Shown here in pieces: positions 50,779-60,402 of a stretch of 64,000 bases of DNA. The position numbers and the translations under genes were made by a program. The stretch lies in contig JAUFOQ010000010.1 of the NCBI GenBank assembly GCA_040285855.1, positions 744,001 through 808,000 on the forward strand, in the 5' to 3' direction. Every line of letters begins with the position of its first letter. Position 1 is the first letter of the stretch. The stretch comes from Eukaryota sp. GEM-RC1. Lineage: Eukaryota. The notes under the pieces are model-generated. The model was not told where the DNA came from and ran no database searches. It saw only the letters and a program-made list of their open reading frames with translations.

Positions 50779-52530
50779 ATGTCTCACCTAAAATGTTCCG
50801 TGTGTGATGAGCTAATGGAGAATCCAACTACGCTTCCATGTGGTCACAGCTTTTGCCGTGATAAGTGTTTAGTACAATGGTTAAAGCAAAAGGAATCAGC
50901 TTCTTGTCCCATCTGTCGCGAACCTATACCTTCATCTCCTCTCCGAATCAACATCGCTCTACGAGAGGCCATTGAGATAGCAAAAACTGCAAAATTCCAA
51001 AAATTTAAACTCCACCTCTCTTTGTCCAACGCCACCGCTAAAGTCTCTGGAACAAAAGAAGAAGTAGAAAAGGTTGTCGCTGATGTTCTTACCAACACTC
51101 AGACAATTCTCCATGACTTGATTAACAACTTGGTAAGAGAATCTTTTCAGAAGATTGTAGATCTTGATAGTGGAAATCCAGTTAGTTGTTCCTTAACTTT
51201 TGACAAAGAGTTGAGGGAAAAAGGTAATGAATTTATTGAAAATGCTTTAGAGGTGTTAAATAGCTTTAGACAAGAGTTTAATGAAAGCTTTGAATTCATT
51301 GAAGAAAATGCAAAGTCTTTTCATTTGAAATTGTTGTCCAAATTGGTGAAGAAAGATTTAATTGATGTGGAAAAGTTTGACATCTCTTCAAGATCTAAAG
51401 AAATTTTGAAAATTGCTCAAATTTCTGGTGATTTTTCCATCAGTTTCACACCACTTCAAGAACTCTTGACAATTGAACTTCCTGAAGAATTAAAACTCAA
51501 ATTATTGAATAATTTCGTAATTATCTCTCAAACTATTTCAATATCTCAATTTAATTGGATTAAAGAAGTTAACCCTGAATTAACCAATGTAATGTTTGAA
51601 AAACTAGAGTTTAATTCTTTAACTGAAGAAGAATTTCTTGCTCTAGTTGATACTTTCATTGAACATTCCGATGTCAAATTATTGTCGAAAGTAATCAATG
51701 TGTTTGCTTTTGAAAGTCTTCCCGAAATTCCAGTTATTCCTGGTAATTTATTATCAAGAATCTATTTAGATAATGTTTCAAATCAAAACAAGGGAATTTG
51801 GTTGGAAAAAGTTATTCTTATAAATCTTGTTGGGGATGAAATTCAAGTAATTGGTAGACAACTTTTGGGAAGGGAGATTTCTCTAAGAACAGTCAATGTT
51901 GGAGTTTGGGCTGAGACGAAGTCTTATACAGACGATATTACCAAACATATTACTCGTGGTTTTGCTGACAATTGGACAAATATTGAACTCTCTATTACAT
52001 CTAGTGCTGTTAGCAGTTGTAGTTTTGCTGATTTCCAGGGATATGATGTTGTGGTCCTAGAGTCTTGGAGTGTGGTTACAGATGGTAACGATTTTAATCA
52101 GTTACTAGAATCAGGAAAGGGTTTTGTTTTCTTTAATGAAGTTCCAGAGAACTGTACCAATGGGTTCATTCATTCTTGTGCAAATGGTACAAGAAATCCT
52201 GGGTTCCTTACCAATCAACAAACCCAACATGATATGGTAAAAACTTTACCAAATGATCCTATTTTTCTTAATGTAAACAGATTTTCAACAAACTATAGCT
52301 CTAATCCCCCAAAGTCTGTTACTGGAACTCTATTAGCAACTGTTAATTCTGGAATTCCTTTAATTGTAAAGAAAGAAGTTGGTGGTGGGAGATTGGTAGA
52401 GTTTACTTGTCCTTCAATGTCATCTGATCTTTCATCTGATTGTGATGAAGAATATGGGATCTGGCCTACTTCTACTGATGGTCACAAGTTGTTTGCTAAT
52501 GCTGTCGTTTGGGCAGGAAAATGTATATAG
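50779..52530 (+). CDS. RING-finger protein, paralog of 41019-43071 lacking both B-boxes
   Basis: Intact 583-aa ORF; C3HC4 RING; colinear with the paralog apart from an in-frame deletion of the B-box region. Confidence 0.9.
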   Translation: MSHLKCSVCDELMENPTTLPCGHSFCRDKCLVQWLKQKESASCPICREPIPSSPLRINIALREAIEIAKTAKFQKFKLHLSLSNATAKVSGTKEEVEKVVADVLTNTQTILHDLINNLVRESFQKIVDLDSGNPVSCSLTFDKELREKGNEFIENALEVLNSFRQEFNESFEFIEENAKSFHLKLLSKLVKKDLIDVEKFDISSRSKEILKIAQISGDFSISFTPLQELLTIELPEELKLKLLNNFVIISQTISISQFNWIKEVNPELTNVMFEKLEFNSLTEEEFLALVDTFIEHSDVKLLSKVINVFAFESLPEIPVIPGNLLSRIYLDNVSNQNKGIWLEKVILINLVGDEIQVIGRQLLGREISLRTVNVGVWAETKSYTDDITKHITRGFADNWTNIELSITSSAVSSCSFADFQGYDVVVLESWSVVTDGNDFNQLLESGKGFVFFNEVPENCTNGFIHSCANGTRNPGFLTNQQTQHDMVKTLPNDPIFLNVNRFSTNYSSNPPKSVTGTLLATVNSGIPLIVKKEVGGGRLVEFTCPSMSSDLSSDCDEEYGIWPTSTDGHKLFANAVVWAGKCI

Positions 52531-52803
52531 TTCTTGAATATGTATCTACAATAACTTCGGTTTCACAATTGCCCAGTTCAGGCTTCAATAAATTGATAAA
52601 GTGCGTTAATCGCTTTACTTTTTGATTGTACTTCCCTTCAAAGTCCAAAATGAGTTAATCGTCAGAACTTCAATCCCAGTGTGCTACTTACAATTGTTCA
52701 GTGAAACATATCTGATCAAATTATTAATTTGGAGCAGATTGGTTATCCGAACGATCAATACTGTAGGTTCTAAAAATTGAACTTTCTCAAATGTAGATTA
52801 ATG

Positions 52804-53104
52804 CAGCATTGTGTACCATACGGCCATACGCGCAAACGCGTATGGCATTGTCGACTCATAAAGTGGGTTAATTTCCTGTGATACGTGTATTATTATGAAA
52901 AAGGTGAATTAGTGTATGTTTCCTCAAAAACCTCGGATATATCCATAAATATTATAATTAGATGTTGAATAAAAGTGAAGTACAATTCGTGTTGGGTTGA
53001 CACAGACTCATAATAATAACACTTCAAAACACGCCAGACAGGCCATCGGCCATACGCGTATGGTCCGCATGACAGTCGATAAATTTCCATATGGCATAAC
53101 GCTG
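52804..53104. mobile_element. Old hAT-like MITE, duplicate of 46814-47237
   Basis: cagcattgtg...cataacgctg ends; TSD-like gattaatg/gataaaag. Confidence 0.55.
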
Positions 53105-53655
53105 GATAAAAGGAGAGATTAATTTAGGTTAACTAAACCAAGAGAAGACTGTTGAACCAGTAATAATATCTAAATTACAATCAAACAATGCATTTCCAAG
53201 TGGTTGCGTACTGATGTAATTTCAATGCATTGCATTCAGTCTAGACATGATATATGACGTGACGCGTCTTGACGAGTTACACGCTGCGTCGACGTGACGT
53301 CGCGTCGACGCCAATTTTTACAACAACAACTGAATTTCAGTCGTTGTTCTTCATCTATGACTTTTGCATTCGTTCTTAACAATCACCGACAATTGAGAAC
53401 TTCCTTAAATCTATTGTATTGTTGGTGCTTTCACCAATGGAATGAAGAAAAGCTTGTTTATTGATCTATACAAAGAAGAAGAACTACTGCCACGTCACTA
53501 TTCACTAACACTACCTCTTCTACATATTTTTTTAGAGGATCCACAAAATCAGGTCTTGAGCGATCATCTACCATCTCTAAATGGTTCACTTCTTCGACTT
53601 TGGCTTGACAATTTACAGCAAGATGGCCAGGACGATGACATCTGTAACAGTTTCT

Positions 53656-54243
53656 CTACTTTATGTCATCGCTACACAGCTGAGTTCTGCTTAATACTTC
53701 GGGTTTTGCAGCAGTGGACATCCAAGATCTAGCTCGTTCGAGGTCAACCAATTCTGAGGTAATGCAGCTTATTAAGCTTGCAAGGGAAGGAAATATGTCA
53801 TCTTTTACTCTGGAAGTAAGAGAAACTGACAAACCTTTAGGACAAACACCACGAGCGAATCGCATCATGAAAACCTTTTCTGACAGATTCAATGGTGAAG
53901 CCCTTTCCTGGACGCAGACAAATCGACGGAGGTAATCGTTCATCCGTTCTTGGGGTTCTTTGATCGTTTTATCCATCCGGAGTTCGGAGACAGTCCGAGA
54001 AAACTCCTCGTAAGAACTGAAGGTGACCATTCCACGGATGAATTCTCTCAAGCTGGAGTCCGAAGACAGTTCAGGACTGTACAACTTGAGAGATTTGAGG
54101 ATTGCTGGCTCCAGCAAAAGTCTCAAAGGTATTTGTCGAGGCTTATCAGTGACTGACTGATAAACCTCGACTGAGTGTAGAAACTCATTTATGTCGGACA
54201 CAGACAGTGTGGACAATCGGGGTGTTTGATGAGACGGGATCAT
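53656..54243 (-). CDS. gag: Gag truncated before the zinc knuckle (195 aa, TAG)
   Basis: Same position, but the stop is TAG. Confidence 0.75.
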   Translation of the reverse strand: MIPSHQTPRLSTLSVSDINEFLHSVEVYQSVTDKPRQIPLRLLLEPAILKSLKLYSPELSSDSSLREFIRGMVTFSSYEEFSRTVSELRMDKTIKEPQERMNDYLRRFVCVQERASPLNLSEKVFMMRFARGVCPKGLSVSLTSRVKDDIFPSLASLISCITSELVDLERARSWMSTAAKPEVLSRTQLCSDDIK

Positions 54244-54498
54244 CGGGGCAACAATAATTATTGTTGGTGCTTTCACCAATGGAATGAAGAAAAGCTTGTT
54301 TATTGATCTATACAAAGAAGAAGAACTACTGCCACGTCACTATTCACTAACACTACCTCTTCTACATATTTTTTTTAGAGGATCCACAAAATCAGGTCTT
54401 GAGCGATCATCTACCATCTCTAAATGGTTCACTTCTTCGACTTTGGCTTGACAATTTACAGCAAGATGGCCAGGACGATGACATCTGTAACAGTTTCT

Positions 54499-55086
54499 TT
54501 ACTTTATGCCATCGCTACGCAGCTGAGTTCTGCTTAATACTTCGGGTTTTGCAGCAGTGGACATCCAAGATCTAGCTCGTTCGAGGTCAACCAATTCTGA
54601 GGTAATGCAGCTTATTAAGCTTGCAAGGGAAGGAAATATGTCATCTTTTACTCTGGAAGTAAGAGAAACTGACAAACCTTTAGGACAAACACCACGAGCG
54701 AATCGCATCATGAAAACCTTTTCTGACAGATTCAATGGTGAAGCCCTTTCCTGGACGCAGACAAATCGACGGAGGTAATCGTTCATCCGTTCTTGGGGTT
54801 CTTTGATCGTTTTATCCATCCGGAGTTCGGAGACAGTCCGAGAAAACTCCTCGTAAGAACTGAAGGTGACCATTCCACGGATGAATTCTCTCAAGCTGGA
54901 GTCCGAAGACAGTTCAGGACTGTACAACTTGAGAGATTTGAGGATTGCTGGCTCCAGCAAAAGTCTCAAAGGTATTTGTCGAGGCTTATCAGTGACTGAC
55001 TGATAAACCTCGACTGAGTGTAGAAACTCATTTATGTCGGACACAGACAGTGTGGACAATCGGGGTGTTTGATGAGACGGGATCAT
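54499..55086 (-). CDS. gag: Gag truncated before the zinc knuckle (195 aa, TAA)
   Basis: Same stop position as 57870-58457. Confidence 0.75.
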   Translation of the reverse strand: MIPSHQTPRLSTLSVSDINEFLHSVEVYQSVTDKPRQIPLRLLLEPAILKSLKLYSPELSSDSSLREFIRGMVTFSSYEEFSRTVSELRMDKTIKEPQERMNDYLRRFVCVQERASPLNLSEKVFMMRFARGVCPKGLSVSLTSRVKDDIFPSLASLISCITSELVDLERARSWMSTAAKPEVLSRTQLRSDGIK

Positions 55087-55407
55087 CGGGGCAACAATAA
55101 TTATTGTTGGTGCTTTCACCAATGGAATGAAGAAAAGCTTGTTTATTGATCTATACAAAGAAGAAGAACTACTGCCACGTCACTATTCACTAACACTACC
55201 TCTTCTACATATTTTTTTTAGAGGATCCACAAAATCAGGTCTTGAGCGATCATCTACCATCTCTAAATGGTTCACTTCTTCGACTTTGGCTTGACAATTT
55301 ACAGCAAGATGGCCAGGACGATGACATCTGTAACAGTTTCTTTACTTTATGTCATCGCTACGCAGCTGAGTTCTGCTTAATACTTCGGGTTTTGCAGCAG
55401 TGGACAT

Positions 55408-55929
55408 TCAAGATCTAGCTCGTTCGAGGTCAACCAATTCTGAGGTAATGCAGCTTATTAAGCTTGCAAGGGAAGGAAATATGTCATCTTTTACTCTGGA
55501 AGTAAGAGAAACTGACAAACCTTTAGGACAAACACCACGAGCGAATCGCATCATGAAAACCTTTTCTGACAGATTCAATGGTGAAGCCCTTTCCTGGACG
55601 CAGACAAATCGACGGAGGTAATCGTTCATCCGTTCTTGGGGTTCTTTGATCGTTTTATCCATCCGGAGTTCGGAGACAGTCCGAGAAAACTCCTCGTAAG
55701 AACTGAAGGTGACCATTCCACGGATGAATTCTCTCAAGCTGGAGTCCGAAGACAGTTCAGGACTGTACAACTTGAGAGATTTGAGGATTGCTGGCTCCAG
55801 CAAAAGTCTCAAAGGTATTTGTCGAGGCTTATCAGTGACTGACTGATAAACCTCGACTGAGTGTAGAAACTCATTTATGTCGGACACAGACAGTGTGGAC
55901 AATCGGGGTGTTTGATGAGACGGGATCAT
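55408..55929 (-). pseudogene. gag: Gag unit with an extra premature stop (TGG to TGA)
   Basis: ORF ends at ERARS. Confidence 0.72.
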
Positions 55930-56184
55930 CGGGGCAACAATAATTATTGTTGGTGCTTTCACCAATGGAATGAAGAAAAGCTTGTTTATTGATCTATACA
56001 AAGAAGAAGAACTACTGCCACGTCACTATTCACTAACACTACCTCTTCTACATATTTTTTTTAGAGGATTCACAAAATCAGGTCTTGAGCGATCATCTAC
56101 CATCTCTAAATGGTTCACTTCTTCGACTTTGGCTTGACAATTTACAGCAAGATGGCCAGGACGATGACATCTGTAACAGTTTCT

Positions 56185-56771
56185 TTACTTTATGTCATCG
56201 CTACGCAGCTGAGTTCTGCTTAATACTTCGGGTTTTGCAGAAGTGGACATCCAAGATCTAGCTCGTTCGAGGTCAACCAATTCTGAGGTAATGCAGCTTA
56301 TTAAGCTTGCAAGGGAAGGAAATATGTCATCTTTTACTCTGGAAGTAAGAGAAACTGACAAACCTTTAGGACAAACACCACGAGCGAATCGCATCATGAA
56401 AACCTTTTCTGACAGATTCAATGGTGAAGCCCTTTCCTGGACGCAGACAAATCGACGGAGGTAATCGTTCATCCGTTCTTGGGGTTCTTTGATCGTTTTA
56501 TCCATCCGGAGTTCGGAGACAGTCCGAGAAAACTCCTCGTAAGAACTGAAGGTGACCATTCCACGGATGAATTCTCTCAAGCTGGAGTCCGAAGACAGTT
56601 CAGGACTGTACAACTTGAGAGATTTGAGGATTGCTGGCTCCAGCAAAAGTCTCAAGGTATTTGTCGAGGCTTATCAGTGACTGACTGATAAACCTCGACT
56701 GAGTGTAGAAACTCTTTTATGTCGGACACAGACAGTGTGGACAATCGGGGTGTTTGATGAGACGGGATCAT
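56185..56771 (-). pseudogene. gag: Gag unit with a 1-nt frameshift near 56655
   Basis: ctcaaggt versus ctcaaaggt in the other units; may be a sequencing error. Confidence 0.7.
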
Positions 56772-57026
56772 CGGGGCAACAATAATTATTGTTGGTGCTT
56801 TCACCAATGGAATGAAGAAAAGCTTGTTTATTGATCTATACAAAGAAGAAGAACTACTGCCACGTCACTATTCACTAACACTACCTCTTCTACATATTTT
56901 TTTTAGAGGATCCACAAAATCAGGTCTTGAGCGATCATCTACCATCTCTAAATGGTTCACTTCTTCGACTTTGGCTTGACAATTTACAGCAAGATGGCCA
57001 GGACGATGACATCTGTAACAGTTTCT

Positions 57027-57614
57027 TTACTTTATGTCATCGCTACGCAGCTGAGTTCTGCTTAATACTTCGGGTTTTGCAGCAGTGGACATCCAAGATC
57101 TAGCTCGTTCGAGGTCAACCAATTCTGAGGTAATGCAGCTTATTAAGCTTGCAAGGGAAGGAAATATGTCATCTTTTACTCTGGAAGTAAGAGAAACTGA
57201 CAAACCTTTAGGACAAACACCACGAGCGAATCACATCATGAAAACCTTTTCTGACAGATTCAATGGTGAAGCCCTTTCCTGGACGCAGACAAATCGACGG
57301 AGGTAATCGTTCATCCGTTCTTGGGGTTCTTTGATCGTTTTATCCATCCGGAGTTCGGAGACAGTCCGAGAAAACTCCTCGTAAGAACTGAAGGTGACCA
57401 TTCCACGGATGAATTCTCTCAAGCTGGAGTCCGAAGACAGTTCAGGACTGTACAACTTGAGAGATTTGAGGATTGCTGGCTCCAGCAAAAGTCTCAAAGG
57501 TATTTGTCGAGGCTTATCAGTGACTGACTGATAAACCTCGACTGAGTGTAGAAACTCATTTATGTCGGACACAGACAGTGTGGACAATCGGGGTGTTTGA
57601 TGAGACGGGATCAT
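57027..57614 (-). pseudogene. gag: Gag unit with an extra premature stop (CGA to TGA at 57231-57233)
   Basis: ORF ends at VFMM. Confidence 0.75.
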
Positions 57615-57869
57615 CGGGGCAACAATAATGATTGTTGGTGCTTTCACCAATGGAATGAAGAAAAGCTTGTTTATTGATCTATACAAAGAAGAAGAACTAC
57701 TGCCACGTCACTATTCACTAACACTACCTCTTCTACATATTTTTTTTAGAGGATTCACAAAATCAGGTCTTGAGCGATCATCTACCATCTCTAAATGGTT
57801 CACTTCTTCGACTTTGGCTTGACAATTTACAGCAAGATGGCCAGGACGATGACATCTGTAACAGTTTCT

Positions 57870-58457
57870 TTACTTTATGTCATCGCTACGCAGCTGAGTT
57901 CTGCTTAATACTTCGGGTTTTGCAGAAGTGGACATCCAAGATCTAGCTCGTTCGAGGTCAACCAATTCTGAGGTAATGCAGCTTATTAAGCTTGCAAGGG
58001 AAGGAAATATGTCATCTTTTACTCTGGAAGTAAGAGAAACTGACAAACCTTTAGGACAAACACCACGAGCGAATCGCATCATGAAAACCTTTTCTGACAG
58101 ATTCAATGGTGAAGCCCTTTCCTGGACGCAGACAAATCGACGGAGGTAATCGTTCATCCGTTCTTGGGGTTCTTTGATCGTTTTATCCATCCGGAGTTCG
58201 GAGACAGTCCGAGAAAACTCCTCGTAAGAACTGAAGGTGACCATTCCACGGATGAATTCTCTCAAGCTGGAGTCCGAAGACAGTTCAGGACTGTACAACT
58301 TGAGAGATTTGAGGATTGCTGGCTCCAGCAAAAGTCTCAAAGGTATTTGTCGAGGCTTATCAGTGACTGACTGATAAACCTCGACTGAGTGTAGAAACTC
58401 ATTTATGTCGGACACAGACAGTGTGGACAATCGGGGTGTTTGATGAGACGGGATCAT
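57870..58457 (-). CDS. gag: Gag truncated before the zinc knuckle (195 aa, TAA)
   Basis: AAA changed to TAA three codons before the knuckle's first Cys. Confidence 0.75.
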   Translation of the reverse strand: MIPSHQTPRLSTLSVSDINEFLHSVEVYQSVTDKPRQIPLRLLLEPAILKSLKLYSPELSSDSSLREFIRGMVTFSSYEEFSRTVSELRMDKTIKEPQERMNDYLRRFVCVQERASPLNLSEKVFMMRFARGVCPKGLSVSLTSRVKDDIFPSLASLISCITSELVDLERARSWMSTSAKPEVLSRTQLRSDDIK

Positions 58458-58553
58458 CGGGGCAACAATAATTATTGTTGGTGCTTTCACCAATGGAATG
58501 AAGAAAAGCTTGTTTATTGATCTATACAAAGAAGAAGAACTACTGCCACGTCA

Positions 58554-59300
58554 CTATTCACTAACACTACCTCTTCTACATATTTTTTTTAGAGGATTCA
58601 CAAAATCAGGTCTTGAGCGATCATCTACCATCTCTAAATGGTTCACTTCTTCGACTTTGGCTTGACAATTTACAGCAAGATGGCCAGGACGATGACATCT
58701 GTAACAGTTTCTTTTCTTTATGTCATCGCTACGCAGCTGAGTTCTGCTTAATACTTCGGGTTTTGCAGCAGTGGACATCCAAGATCTAGCTCGTTCGAAG
58801 TCAACCAATTCTGAGGTAATGCAGCTTATTAAGCTTGCAAGGGAAGGAAATATGTCATCTTTTACTCTGGAAGTAAGAGAAACTGACAAACCTTTAGGAC
58901 AATCACCACGAGCGAATCGCATCATGAAAACCTTTTCTGACAGATTCAATGGTGAAGCCCTTTCCTGGACGCAGACAAATCGACGGAGGTAATCGTTCAT
59001 CCGTTCTTGGGGTTCTTTGATGGTTTTATCCATCCGGAGTTCGGAGACAGTCCGAGAAAACTCCTCGTAAGAACTGAAGGTGACCATTCCACGGATGAAT
59101 TCTCTCAAGCTGGAGTCCGAAGACAGTTCAGGACTGTACAACTTGAGAGATTTGAGGATTGCTGGCTCCAGCAAAAGTCTCAAAGGTATTTGTCGAGGCT
59201 TATCAGTGACTGACTGATAAACCTCGACTGAGTGTAGAAACTCATTTATGTCGGACACAGACAGTGTGGACAATCGGGGTGTTTGATGAGACGGGATCAT
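58554..59300 (-). CDS. gag: Full-length Gag (248 aa): capsid-like region plus CCHC zinc knuckle
   Basis: ATG 19 nt after the LTR; CYRCHRPGHLAVNC; FARGxxPxxLxxxL...SLxxLIS aligns by eye with the in-window Gypsy Gag (FIKGIKPSTLRNAL...SLEDLVS). Confidence 0.88.
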   Translation of the reverse strand: MIPSHQTPRLSTLSVSDINEFLHSVEVYQSVTDKPRQIPLRLLLEPAILKSLKLYSPELSSDSSLREFIRGMVTFSSYEEFSRTVSELRMDKTIKEPQERMNDYLRRFVCVQERASPLNLSEKVFMMRFARGDCPKGLSVSLTSRVKDDIFPSLASLISCITSELVDFERARSWMSTAAKPEVLSRTQLRSDDIKKRNCYRCHRPGHLAVNCQAKVEEVNHLEMVDDRSRPDFVNPLKKICRRGSVSE

Positions 59301-59551
59301 CGGGGCAACAATAATTATTGTTGGTGCTTTCACCAATGGAATGAAGAAAAGCTTGTTTATTGATCTATACAAAGAAGAAGAACTACTGCCACGTCACTAT
59401 TCACTAACAGTATGAAAAATTTTCTGGTTTTGATACAGCTACTGTCAAAAATACGATGCTATATTGCTATATACTATCACTCATCATCGACTTGACTAAC
59501 TGCTGATTAACAATCTTGGGATTTTCCCTTCCGTCACCCCATCAACCCAAT

Positions 59552-60402
59552 CAGGGACTGTCAAAAATACATTGCACTTTTGCAATAATTGCAATATTGT
59601 GTATTGTGTATTGCAATACTGTATTGCAGCCTCATTTTGTATTGCAATATATTGCAATAATTTCAATTTTGAACAATATTTTTAGACCAATGTTTTTCTG
59701 TTACTTGAGACTTCTTTATCAACATAATACACCAGTGTTAGTTTTTTGTGTACAATTGAAAGTCTATACTACAAGTAAGTAGTATCTGTCAGATCTGACT
59801 AACAAATGTAAACTAATATCATTCTCCACATCATCTTACATGACGTGTAATTCTAGTCCCGTTCGAAAACAGATGGTAAAAGCCTACTATTCAACTATCT
59901 CCCGGAACTCAACTCCATCAATGTAATTCTGTGATAGTAAATGACGTGAGTAGTGATGATGATGAAGTTGAAGAAATTGCTGAACGTCCTGGACCTGTTT
60001 CCTCTGTTTAAAGATGTCTTAACTCGAATAAAAAAATCAATTAAATTTCTTTCCAGAAACATATAAATGTTGCAAAACGACTTTTCAGTAGAACTCGAAT
60101 GGCGCAAGTGTTGTCAAAACACTACTTATCTAATCGGAATTTTGCCAATCAACTATGTCTCTCTGTAACTAGAGAGTATTAGGACATTAGATTGGTTCAC
60201 AAGACGGGAATCAGAAACTGCTCAAATTAGATATCACTTAATGATGTTCTTATGGTTTATCAGTGGAATTTAGACAATAAATACTCTCGTCAACAATATT
60301 TATATTGCTACCAATTATTGCAATATATTGCAGTATTGCAATACTGTATTGCAAATCATTTTGGCCCTGCAATATATTGCAATATATTTTTGACAGTCCC
60401 TG
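59552..60402. mobile_element. Non-autonomous hAT MITE
   Basis: TIR cagggactgtcaaaaa...tttttgacagtccctg; perfect 8-bp TSD aacccaat; tattgcaata subterminal repeats. Confidence 0.92.

Larger units (their letters stand above)
53420..59409 (-). mobile_element. Tandem array of a gag-only miniature LTR retroelement: 7 units of ~843 bp sharing 8 LTRs of 91 bp
   Basis: LTRs start at 53420, 54262, 55105, 55948, 56790, 57633, 58476 and 59319; TGTTAGTG...CACCAACA ends on the minus strand; PPT agaagaggtag; 4-bp TSD GTAT (53416-53419, 59410-59413); empty site in the paralogous flank at ~47441-47475. Confidence 0.93.

Noticed and set aside
53714..59213. Repeated + strand ORFs (MDIQDLARS..., MGFFDRFIH...)
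   Set aside because: Antisense shadows of gag; their recurrence only reflects the tandem repeat
53420..59409. CRISPR-like or satellite interpretation of the 843-bp array
   Set aside because: The inter-repeat segments are near-identical gag genes, not unique spacers; LTR ends, PPT and TSD explain the structure
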